In this document: in pieces, positions 1 to 8,084 of the stretch | Layout: each line of letters opens with the position of its first letter | Numbering within the stretch: the stretch's first letter is position 1 | Assembly (NCBI GenBank): GCA_051962455.1 | Contig: JBQCCG010000274.1 | Span: forward strand, 1,465 to 65,464 | Reading direction: 5' to 3' | DNA from: Sphingomicrobium sp. | GTDB lineage: Bacteria; Pseudomonadota; Alphaproteobacteria; Sphingomonadales; Sphingomonadaceae | Length of the DNA: 64,000 bases | Notes under the pieces: generated by a model | Seen by the model: the letters and a program-made list of their open reading frames with translations, nothing else | What the model was told of the DNA's origin: nothing | The model's database searches: none | Position numbers and translations under genes: made by a program

Positions 1-1
1 T

Positions 2-880
2 CGGGAATTCGGCCGAACCGTCGACGTCGCCACCTACGAATTCGAGAATCTTCCGGTGCAGGCGCTCGAGGTGCTCGGCGACAAGCTCAAGCCATCTACG
101 CGCTCGCTATCCGTTGCTCAGGACCGCGCCCGAGAGAAAGCCTTCATCGAGGGATGCGGAGCGCGGGTCGCTCAGTGGCGGGAGATTGGTAGCCTGGCAG
201 ACGTCACCGCGTCGGTGCTGAAGATCGGACTACCGCTCGTGCTCAAAACTCGCCGCTACGGCTATGACGGCAAGGGGCAGGCCTGGGTCCGTTCGCGCCG
301 AGAGGAGCAGGATGCCTGGAAGGCCATCGGTGAGGAGCCGGCGATCGCCGAATCGGGAATCGATTTCGTCGCCGAATTCTCGGTGATCATCGCCCGCTGG
401 GAGGACGGCGCGCACACCTTCTGGGACTCGCCAGAGAACGAGCATGGCGAGGGAATCCTCCGCCGCTCGACCGTCCCGTGCAGCGCTGCCATCGCCTCGC
501 AAGTCGCGGAAGCGCGGCAGGCGGCGCTCGGGATCGCCGAAGCGCTCGGTCATGTCGGCGTGCTCACCGTCGAATTCTTTGCCAGCAAATCCGGCCCGCT
601 GGTCAACGAGATCGCGCCGCGGGTCCACAACAGCGGGCACTGGACGATCGAGGGCGCGGTGAGCTCGCAGTTCGAGCAGCACATTCGCGCGATTTGCGGC
701 CTTCCTCCGGGGTCGACCGAGCTCGCCGGGCACGGCGCGGTAATGGATAATCTCATCGGCGCCGACGTCGAGCGCTGGCCCGAGCTGGTCGCCGAGCCCG
801 GGCTTCACGTGCATATCTACGGCAAGGGCGAGGCTCGCCCCGGCCGCAAAATGGGTCACGTCACGCGCGTGAGCCCGTAA
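2..880 (+). CDS. purK: 5-(carboxyamino)imidazole ribonucleotide synthase, 5'-truncated by the window edge
   Basis: The frame is open from base 2 and reads VDVATYEFENLP. ATP-grasp motifs KTRRYGYDGKGQ, NEIAPRVHNSGHWT and C-terminal RPGRKMGH are present. Confidence 0.95.
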   Translation, partial: REFGRTVDVATYEFENLPVQALEVLGDKLKPSTRSLSVAQDRAREKAFIEGCGARVAQWREIGSLADVTASVLKIGLPLVLKTRRYGYDGKGQAWVRSRREEQDAWKAIGEEPAIAESGIDFVAEFSVIIARWEDGAHTFWDSPENEHGEGILRRSTVPCSAAIASQVAEARQAALGIAEALGHVGVLTVEFFASKSGPLVNEIAPRVHNSGHWTIEGAVSSQFEQHIRAICGLPPGSTELAGHGAVMDNLIGADVERWPELVAEPGLHVHIYGKGEARPGRKMGHVTRVSP

Positions 881-1012
881 TTCCTCCCTGCGAGCGAAGC
901 TCGTGGGGAGGGGAACCAGCTAAGCTGGTGGAGGGGTAATTGGCTCAGCGCCAGGACCCCTCCACCATTCACTCTTTGGTGAATGGTTCCCCTCCCCAGC
1001 GAGGCTGGGGAA
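881..1012. repeat. Nested palindromic REP/RIME-like intergenic element between convergent purK and the M16 peptidase
   Basis: GGGGAGGGGAACCA (905-918) pairs with TGGTTCCCCTCCCC (984-997), and GGTGGAGGGG (927-936) with CCCCTCCACC (957-966). Short hairpins at 891-903, 916-928, 965-986 and 994-1010. Confidence 0.75.
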
Positions 1013-1021
1013 GAACTTAGG

Positions 1022-3868
1022 TTACTTCGCCCCAACCACCTCAACCGGAATGCCGAGCGGATCGAGCTGCGGCTTCACCTTGGCCGCATCGCCGATCACC
1101 ACCCAGGTCAGCTTGCTGGGATCGATCGCCGCCTTGGCCGCGGCATCGAGCTGGGCTGCCGTCAATGACCGGTAACGGCTCGCCAGCGTCTCATAATAAT
1201 TGTCGGGGCGGTGGTAGAGCACGTTCGCCTGCATTCCACCCATGACCGCCGCGGTGGTCTCAAAGTTGCCCGGAAGCTCGCGGATTGCGCCGTCGATGGT
1301 CCGGCTCAACTCCTCCGGCGTGACCCCTTTCGTGTTGAGGAAGGTGCTGATGTCGCTTCGCATCGCTGCGATCGACGGCCCCGTCTGGTCCGTCTGGACG
1401 GGCGCGTAGATGAGATAGGGGACCTGGTGCTGCGGCCGGCTGATGAAGCTCGCCACGCCGTACGACCAATGCTTCGTCTCGCGGAGATCCGTGTTGAGTC
1501 TCGAGAGGAAGGATCCGCCGAGCACCTCATTTGACTGCATCAATGCCGTGAGCTCGTCCGTACCCTGCACAGGCAGCAGCTCGCCGCCGAAAATCAGCGA
1601 CTGCGGCGTATTCGGCCGGTCGATCAGCAGGATTCGCCCGGTCTGCGGGGCAGTGGGCACGGCGAAATTCTTGGCCGGCTTCGGACCGCTCTCGCGCCAG
1701 TCGCCGAAACTCTTTTCGAGCAGTGATTTGACCGCGGCAAGGCTGGTGTCGCCGACGACGAAGATGGTCGCGTTGTCGGGCCTAAGCCAGGCATTATGGT
1801 AGGCGGTGAGATCGGCCGGCGTGAGCTTCGCGACCGCAGCCGGATCGCCGCTTCCGCTAAACGGCACGCCGTAGGGGTGGGCCTTGCCGTAAAGGATTGG
1901 TGGCAAGGTCCTGAGCGCGATACCGACGGGCTGCTTCGCTTCCGCAGCGATCGCAGCGAGCTGCTGATTGCGCACGCGATCGACCTCGGCTGGAGCAAAA
2001 GCGGGATGACGGACGATATCTGCCATCAGATCGATCGACTGCGGCAGGTTAGCCGTGAGCGCCGACAGATAGACGCTGGACCGATCCATGCTCGGGGAGG
2101 CGGAGATTGCCGCGCCGAGGTTCTCCTTCGCCTGAGCGATTTCGACCGAGCTGAATTTGTCGGTCCCCTCGTCGAGCATTCCGAGCATGAATGACTGCGT
2201 GCCGAGAGCGGACTTCGGATCGGATGCATTGCCGGCATCGAAGCTGATCGCGACGCGGACCACCGGCACTCCGGTGCGGCGTGCAAACAGGATCGGGATT
2301 CCGTTCGAAAGCGTCGCATGCTCGACGGTGGGGAATTTAAGGTCGGCGATCTGCCCCATCGGCGGCAGCTGCGAGCGGTCGATCGCGCTCGCTGTCGTTG
2401 TCACCGCGGACTTCGGAGCCGCTGTGACCTTCGCCCCGGCGCCTCCGCCGGCAGTGTCGCTCGCAAGCTTCGATTCCTCGTAAGGCTCGCGCTTGCCTGG
2501 CGCTAGCGTGAAGGCAAATACCGGTCGCGACAGCCATTTCTTTGCTGCCGCCTGCACCTGGGCGGGCGTGAGCGCCGCTTCTTCGTCGAGCTCCTTCTTG
2601 TAGAATCCGGGATCGTTCGCGAACACGGCACCGCGGGCGAGCGTCACCGCCTTGCCGCCAAACCCGCCAACCGATTCGAGACCCTTGATCGTCGCTGCGA
2701 TGTCGGCGGTCTTGGCGCGCTTGAGCTCCTCGGCGGTCGGACCATTCTTGATGAACTTCGCGATGACTGCGTCGACCTGCCGGCCGACCAGCTCCGGATC
2801 GACTCCGGGCTTCACGGTCGCTTCGACGGTGAACTCGCCCACTCGTTCATGAGGGTCGACCCCTGCCGAGACGGAGACTGCCGTCTTCTTGTCGCGGACC
2901 AATTCGTTGTCGAGCCGGGAGCTGGCGAGGCCGCCGAGAACGCTCGCCGCCATCTCCAGCGCAGCCTCGTCCTTGCTCGTCACTCCGGGCACCGCCCAGG
3001 TCCGGTAGATGGTCGTATTCGCGACCTCGTCATGAAAGACCTTGTGCACCGGAGCCTTCAGGGTCGGCACCGTCGCGGCTGCCGGGATCGACTTCGGCCC
3101 TGCCGGGATGCTGCCGAAATATTTCTCGACAAGCGGCTTCGCTTCGGCCTCTGTGATGTCCCCGGCGAGGACCAACACCGCATTGTTGGGGCCGTAGTGC
3201 GAGCGGAACCAGTCCTTCACGACCTCTAGACTGGCGTGGTCGAGATCGGTCATCGAACCAATGACGGTGTGATGGTACGGATTTCCAGCCGGGTAGAGAG
3301 TCTGTTGGACCGCATATTGCAGCAAGCCGCCCGGCTGATTGTCGTCACCGCGCTTTTCGTTCTGGACGACACCGCGCTGAATATCGAGCTTCTCTTGTGT
3401 GACCGCCGGCAGCAGATAGCCCATGCGGTCGGATTCCATGAACAGCGCACGGTCGAGCGCCGCCTTGGGCACCGTCTCGAAATAATTGGTTCGGTCGAAG
3501 TTGGTCGTGCCGTTGAGGTCGGTCGCGCCCATCGCCTGCATCGGGCCGAACCAGCTGGTGTCGCTGTGCTCCGAACCGCCGAACATCAGATGCTCGAACA
3601 GGTGCGCAAAGCCGGTGCGGCCGGCCGGCTCGTCCTTGGAGCCGACATGGTACCAGACGGAGATCGCCACCACGGGAGCCTTGTGGTCCTCATGAACTAC
3701 GACGCGCAGCCCGTTCTTGAGCGTGAAGGTCGAATAAGGGATCGAAACGTCCTTCACGAGCGCCGAAATCGGCGCGCCCTGCGGCAGTTCGGCGGCGGCC
3801 AGCGGCGCCATTGGCGGCGTGAGCATCGTCGCGGCGGCGAGCAAGGCAAAGTTGCTGAGGTAACGCAT
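1022..3868 (-). CDS. M16 family (insulinase/pitrilysin-like) zinc metallopeptidase, secreted, two-module, about 948 aa
   Basis: Inverted zinc motif HLFEH in GFAHLFEHLMF, LNGTTNFDRTNY, and duplicated M16 N/C modules. The start is reassigned to ATG 3868 (MRYLSNFALLAAA, signal-peptide-like); the ORF-track extension to 4393 overlaps the divergent gene. Confidence 0.9.
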   Translation of the reverse strand: MRYLSNFALLAAATMLTPPMAPLAAAELPQGAPISALVKDVSIPYSTFTLKNGLRVVVHEDHKAPVVAISVWYHVGSKDEPAGRTGFAHLFEHLMFGGSEHSDTSWFGPMQAMGATDLNGTTNFDRTNYFETVPKAALDRALFMESDRMGYLLPAVTQEKLDIQRGVVQNEKRGDDNQPGGLLQYAVQQTLYPAGNPYHHTVIGSMTDLDHASLEVVKDWFRSHYGPNNAVLVLAGDITEAEAKPLVEKYFGSIPAGPKSIPAAATVPTLKAPVHKVFHDEVANTTIYRTWAVPGVTSKDEAALEMAASVLGGLASSRLDNELVRDKKTAVSVSAGVDPHERVGEFTVEATVKPGVDPELVGRQVDAVIAKFIKNGPTAEELKRAKTADIAATIKGLESVGGFGGKAVTLARGAVFANDPGFYKKELDEEAALTPAQVQAAAKKWLSRPVFAFTLAPGKREPYEESKLASDTAGGGAGAKVTAAPKSAVTTTASAIDRSQLPPMGQIADLKFPTVEHATLSNGIPILFARRTGVPVVRVAISFDAGNASDPKSALGTQSFMLGMLDEGTDKFSSVEIAQAKENLGAAISASPSMDRSSVYLSALTANLPQSIDLMADIVRHPAFAPAEVDRVRNQQLAAIAAEAKQPVGIALRTLPPILYGKAHPYGVPFSGSGDPAAVAKLTPADLTAYHNAWLRPDNATIFVVGDTSLAAVKSLLEKSFGDWRESGPKPAKNFAVPTAPQTGRILLIDRPNTPQSLIFGGELLPVQGTDELTALMQSNEVLGGSFLSRLNTDLRETKHWSYGVASFISRPQHQVPYLIYAPVQTDQTGPSIAAMRSDISTFLNTKGVTPEELSRTIDGAIRELPGNFETTAAVMGGMQANVLYHRPDNYYETLASRYRSLTAAQLDAAAKAAIDPSKLTWVVIGDAAKVKPQLDPLGIPVEVVGAK

Positions 3869-4003
3869 CAGCTTGAATTCTCCGGCTAATTTTCCGAGCA
3901 GGAGCGCGAACTTAACGGCCAGAGCGGAGTGCGCAACAGTGGAGGGGCGATGGACCGGATTTTTCGATGAACGGATGGTTGAATCCAGCGCGGCTCTCGC
4001 GCG

Positions 4004-5056
4004 ATGCCGCGGGGCGCTGCTAAGCTGACCGGCGTGATTGACCTCGCCTCGCTTCAGCCGATCGCCGAATATGAAAATGTCGGCAGCACCGAGTTCCTCG
4101 AGACGATACGCCCGGCTGGACAGCCGGCGGTGCTTCGCGGCCTCGCCAGTGATTGGCCCGCGGTCCGCGCGGCTCGGCGCTCGGACGAGGAGCTGTTCGC
4201 TTATTTGCGCCGTTTCCGCTCCGACGAACCCGTTCAGCACATCGTCGGTGCGCCCGAAATCGAGGGCCGGTTTTTCTACAGCGACGATCTTCGCGGCTTC
4301 AATTTCCAGCGCGGCATGTCTCCGCTCGATCCGTTCCTCGACTGGCTGCTGCGGCAGAAAGCGAATCCGCGCCCCTATGCGGTCGCGGTGCAATCCCAGG
4401 ATGTGCCGAGGCTACTGCCGGGGTTCGAGCTCGAGAATCGAACCGACCTCGTCCGGCCGGGCGTAGTGCCCCGCGCCTGGCTCGGCAACGCGATCCGCGT
4501 CGCGCCCCATTACGACCTCACCGAGAATGTTGGGGTCGTGGTCGCCGGCAAACGCCGCTTCATTCTCTTCGCGCCCGAGCAGCTCAAGAATCTGTATCCC
4601 GGACCATTCGAGCTGACGCCCGCCGGGACTCCGATCAGCCTGGTCGACCCGCTCAATCCCGATCTCGACCGTTACCCGAAGTTCGCAGATGCTCTGAAGG
4701 AAGCGCAGTTCGCGGAGCTCGAGCCGGGCGATGCGATCTATATCCCCTTTTATTGGTGGCACGGCGTCGATTCGCTCGAGGCCGTCAACCTCTTCATCAA
4801 CTACTGGTGGACCGATGCGCAGCCTGGAATGGGCAATCCTTACGACGCGCTCGCTTACACCATGTTCGCAATCAAAGGCCTTCCTCCCGAGCAGCGCGCG
4901 GTCTGGCGAAACGTGTTCGACCACTATGTTTACGAAGTGAACGGCGACCCCGGCGCGCATATGCCCGAAGACGCACGCGGCATTCTCGGAGAACTCAATC
5001 CGGCGATGATTGACCGTCTTCGCGATTACCTGCGCCTGGTCCTGAAAAGGCTCTAG
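4004..5056 (+). CDS. JmjC/cupin-like (Cupin_8 type) Fe(II)/2-oxoglutarate oxygenase-like protein
   Basis: PHYD (HxD), VVAGKRRFILF and LEPGDAIYIPFYWWHGV (distal His) match JmjC-type cupins. The true start may be a few codons later. Confidence 0.8.
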   Translation: MPRGAAKLTGVIDLASLQPIAEYENVGSTEFLETIRPAGQPAVLRGLASDWPAVRAARRSDEELFAYLRRFRSDEPVQHIVGAPEIEGRFFYSDDLRGFNFQRGMSPLDPFLDWLLRQKANPRPYAVAVQSQDVPRLLPGFELENRTDLVRPGVVPRAWLGNAIRVAPHYDLTENVGVVVAGKRRFILFAPEQLKNLYPGPFELTPAGTPISLVDPLNPDLDRYPKFADALKEAQFAELEPGDAIYIPFYWWHGVDSLEAVNLFINYWWTDAQPGMGNPYDALAYTMFAIKGLPPEQRAVWRNVFDHYVYEVNGDPGAHMPEDARGILGELNPAMIDRLRDYLRLVLKRL

Positions 5057-5070
5057 AAAATTTTCACGGC

Positions 5071-5099
5071 TTGACGGGCCGGCGGCACGGCCGTTAGCT
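5071..5099 (+). promoter_or_regulatory. Putative sigma70 promoter of the leader/TBDR operon
   Basis: TTGACG (5071-5076), a 17-bp spacer and TTAGCT (5094-5099) predict a TSS at about 5106-5107. Confidence 0.6.
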
Positions 5100-5106
5100 C
5101 GCGCGC

Positions 5107-5223
5107 ATGATGTTCGTGCCGGCCACCGCAATGATTCCACCCGCTGCTCTCGAGCAGGGCTGCTGGTGGCGCTGGCATTCGGCACAGGCGGGCGCGCGCG
5201 CGTGGCGATGGCGTAAGAGCTAG
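5107..5223 (+). CDS. Trp-rich attenuator leader peptide, 38 aa: MMFVPATAMIPPAALEQGCWWRWHSAQAGARAWRWRKS
   Basis: Hand translation from ATG 5107 to TAG 5221-5223 gives 5 TGG codons (5164, 5167, 5173, 5203, 5209). The ORF lies between a promoter and an intrinsic terminator and is below the ORF-track cutoff. Confidence 0.75.
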   Translation: MMFVPATAMIPPAALEQGCWWRWHSAQAGARAWRWRKS

Positions 5224-5270
5224 GCTCTTAACCCACTCACTCGAAGCCCGCCCATCCGGCGGGCTTTTTT
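5140..5270 (+). promoter_or_regulatory. Ribosome-dependent transcription attenuator (protector/antiterminator/terminator)
   Basis: GGCGGGC (5187-5193) is identical to the terminator 3' arm and can pair with the 5' arm GCCCGCC (5246-5252). CCCGCTG (5140-5146) can pair with CAGGCGGG (5185-5192) with one bulge. Inner stems are 5200-5205/5233-5238 and TAAGAGC/GCTCTTA (5214-5230). Confidence 0.7.
5244..5270 (+). terminator. Intrinsic terminator (attenuator) upstream of the TBDR start
   Basis: Perfect 9-bp stem AAGCCCGCC-CATCC-GGCGGGCTT running into a T6 tract (5265-5270), ending 27 nt before ATG 5298. Confidence 0.85.
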
Positions 5271-5297
5271 ATTGCCCTCGCCACCCGAAGGTTCGTC

Positions 5298-8069
5298 ATG
5301 AAGCCTGCCCCTCGTGCGCTCTGCAGCGTCCCTGCTGCCGCATTGTTTGTCTGTTCCGCGCCCGCCCTGGCGCAATCGGCGCCACCCGATCAGATCGTCG
5401 TTACCGGGTCGCGATTGCCGGCGGGGGTGCGCGCCCCGACTCCGCTGACCGTGCTCGGCGCTCAAGCGATCGAGGATCGCGCACCGGCCACCATCGGTGA
5501 AATTCTCCAACAAATTCCGAGCTTCGGCGAGATCGATTCACCGAATACTGCCGGCGTCAATTCACGCGGCGGCGGGCAAATCAATCCCGACCTGCGCGGC
5601 CTCGGCGCGACCCGGACGCTCGTCCTCATCGACGGCCGCCGCCACGTACCGACTGCGACGAATGGCTCCGTCGACCTCAAGGTCGTCCCGACTCTGCTCG
5701 TCGATCGGGTCGAGGTCGTCACCGGCGGCGCGTCAGCAGCCTACGGTTCCGATGCCGTGTCGGGCGTGGTCAACATCGTCCTCAAGGACGACTTCAGCGG
5801 GATCCGCGGCACAGCCGACTACGGCATTTCCGAGCATGGCGACGGAGAGGAACGCCGGCTGTCGCTCGCCGGTGGCACCGCATTCGCGGGCGGCCGCGGC
5901 CACATCATGGCCGGCTTCGATTATGTGAAGATCGGCGGAATCGGAACGCAGCTTACCCGCGACTGGGGCCGGCGGGACGTCGGCCTGATCACCAATCCGA
6001 ACTTCATGGCCAACGGCCTGCCCAACTACATCATTTCGCCCAACGTCCATTCGGCGATCACCACTCCGGGCGGACTGATCGTCAGTGGACCCCTGCGCGG
6101 AATCGCCTTCGGACCTGGAGGGACGACCTACAATTATGACTTGGGTCAGGTCTTCGGCTCGACGATGATCGGCGGCGACGGCGCCAATCAGAACGAGAAC
6201 CTGCTCGCGCTGCTCGGAACCCCGATCGAATCCGTCAATGCACTCGCTTCGGCCAAGTTCGACGTGACTCCCGACGTCCAGCTCTACGCCGAGATATCGG
6301 GCGGATTTTCCGACACCGGTGGCGCAAGCCAGGAATCGCGCGATCGGGGCAATCTCTTAATCCACCGCGACAACGCCTTCCGCCCCGCACCCGTCCGTAA
6401 CCTGATGGTGGCCGACAACCTCCAGACGATCACCATCGGGCGGGTCAGCTACGACACGGGCAAGATCAAGCTTGATCGCGAGGACGGGACCTACGAAGCC
6501 GTCGCCGGAGTCACGACGCATTTCGGCGCGTGGACGGCCGACGCGTCCGTGCAATATGGCAAGAACGTCTATGACCTCGACTTCGGCCCGAACAACCGCA
6601 AGCAGAACGAATATCTGAACGCGGTCGACGCCGTCCTCGACCCGGCGACCGGCCACATCGTCTGCCGCTCGACGCTGACCAATCCCGCAAACGGTTGCAT
6701 CCCCGTCAACGTCTTCGGCGACGGCTCGCTGACGCTCAACCCCTACGTCAACGGGACCGCAGAGTTCCGGCTGGTGACGACCCAGGCCGTCGCCTCGGCG
6801 AACCTTCGCGGTACGCCATTTTCGACTTGGGCCGGCCCAGTCGCCCTCGCATTCGGGATCGAGGGGCGCCGCGATCATGCGGTAGGAACATCCGACGCGA
6901 TCTCGCAGCGGGTCAACGCCAACCGGTCGATCGGCGGGTGGCTGCTCGGCAATCAGCTTCCCGAGGTCGGCACGATCCGCGTCTTGGAGACCTATGCCGA
7001 GGCGCAGGTGCCGTTGGCGAAGGACATGCCTCTGGCCCGCGAGCTCAGCGTCAACGGCGCGATCCGCCGGACCCGTTATTCGCTGAGCGGCACGGTCTAC
7101 ACCTGGAAGGCCGGCGCTTCATACGTGCCCTTCTCTGGGCTTCGGCTTCGCGCCACTCGCTCGCGCGACATCCGTGCGCCGAACATCAGCGAATTGTTCG
7201 AGAATGGCGGGAGTTCGAACACCAACGTGTTCGACCCGGTGCTCGGCCGCGCCGTGCAGATCCGCGAGATCGAGGCGGGCAATCCAAACCTTAAGCCGGA
7301 GAAAGCCAACACGCTAACTGCCGGCGCGATAGTCCAGCCGGCATTCCTCCCGCGCTTCAGCGCCTCGGTCGATTACTACGACATCAGGATCAGGGACGCG
7401 ATCGCGACGCTCGGGGCTCCGACGCTCGCGCAGGGCTGCTTCGCCGGCAGCCAGCTCTACTGTCAGTCGATCACCTTCAACTCCGACGGAAGCATCGCCT
7501 TCATCGCCAATACGAGGCTCAATCTCGCGCAGGCGGCGACGCGCGGGATCGACTTCGAGCTCAACTACTCCCAGCCGCAAGTGTTCGGCGGAAAGCTGAC
7601 CACGAGGCTTCTGGGGACGCGGGTCCTGAAGCTGACCTCGACCACGCCGGCCGGAGTCCAGGACCGGCTTGGTCAGGTGAGCAATTTCAACCGGACGGCG
7701 GGCGTTCCCAAATGGGTCGGCGACGCCTTCCTCGATTACGATCGCGGACCCGTCCACTTCGGCCTGCAGGCGCGCTTCGTGGGCCCAGGTGTGTTCAGCA
7801 CGGTGCTTCACGACGGCAGCGGTCCCAACTCAATCAACCGCAACAGCGTCCCGGCCTTTCTCTATCTGAATCCCTCCGGCTCATACCGGTTCAGGCTCCG
7901 CGACGGCCGCTCGGTCGAGCTGTTCACCGCCGTCAACAACCTCCTCGACAAGGATCCGCCGATGATCCCGTCCGGCGCCGCCGGCGGCATCAACGAGAGC
8001 AGCACCAACGGCCAATTTTACGACGTCGTCGGCCGCTTCTTCCGATACGGCGCCCGCTTCAGCATTTAG
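5298..8069 (+). CDS. TonB-dependent receptor, 923 aa
   Basis: Signal peptide, TonB box DQIVVTGSR, plug motifs LRGLGATRTLVLIDGRR and RVEVVTGGASAAYGSDAVSGVVN, NPNLKPEKA, and a C-terminal beta-strand ending GARFSI. Confidence 0.95.
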   Translation: MKPAPRALCSVPAAALFVCSAPALAQSAPPDQIVVTGSRLPAGVRAPTPLTVLGAQAIEDRAPATIGEILQQIPSFGEIDSPNTAGVNSRGGGQINPDLRGLGATRTLVLIDGRRHVPTATNGSVDLKVVPTLLVDRVEVVTGGASAAYGSDAVSGVVNIVLKDDFSGIRGTADYGISEHGDGEERRLSLAGGTAFAGGRGHIMAGFDYVKIGGIGTQLTRDWGRRDVGLITNPNFMANGLPNYIISPNVHSAITTPGGLIVSGPLRGIAFGPGGTTYNYDLGQVFGSTMIGGDGANQNENLLALLGTPIESVNALASAKFDVTPDVQLYAEISGGFSDTGGASQESRDRGNLLIHRDNAFRPAPVRNLMVADNLQTITIGRVSYDTGKIKLDREDGTYEAVAGVTTHFGAWTADASVQYGKNVYDLDFGPNNRKQNEYLNAVDAVLDPATGHIVCRSTLTNPANGCIPVNVFGDGSLTLNPYVNGTAEFRLVTTQAVASANLRGTPFSTWAGPVALAFGIEGRRDHAVGTSDAISQRVNANRSIGGWLLGNQLPEVGTIRVLETYAEAQVPLAKDMPLARELSVNGAIRRTRYSLSGTVYTWKAGASYVPFSGLRLRATRSRDIRAPNISELFENGGSSNTNVFDPVLGRAVQIREIEAGNPNLKPEKANTLTAGAIVQPAFLPRFSASVDYYDIRIRDAIATLGAPTLAQGCFAGSQLYCQSITFNSDGSIAFIANTRLNLAQAATRGIDFELNYSQPQVFGGKLTTRLLGTRVLKLTSTTPAGVQDRLGQVSNFNRTAGVPKWVGDAFLDYDRGPVHFGLQARFVGPGVFSTVLHDGSGPNSINRNSVPAFLYLNPSGSYRFRLRDGRSVELFTAVNNLLDKDPPMIPSGAAGGINESSTNGQFYDVVGRFFRYGARFSI

Positions 8070-8084
8070 AAAAGGACACCCGCA

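Noticed and set aside
3869-4393. N-terminal 175-aa extension of the M16 peptidase in the ORF track
   Set aside because: It overlaps the divergent cupin gene on the other strand, and a signal-peptide-like start exists at 3868.
5107-5223. TnaC-type (Trp-induced, Rho-dependent) leader, or a RiPP precursor for the neighbouring cupin
   Set aside because: An intrinsic terminator with a matching antiterminator arm fits starvation-type attenuation better. TnaC has a single critical Trp and a terminal Pro. No RiPP recognition element, protease or exporter is adjacent, although a dual role cannot be excluded.
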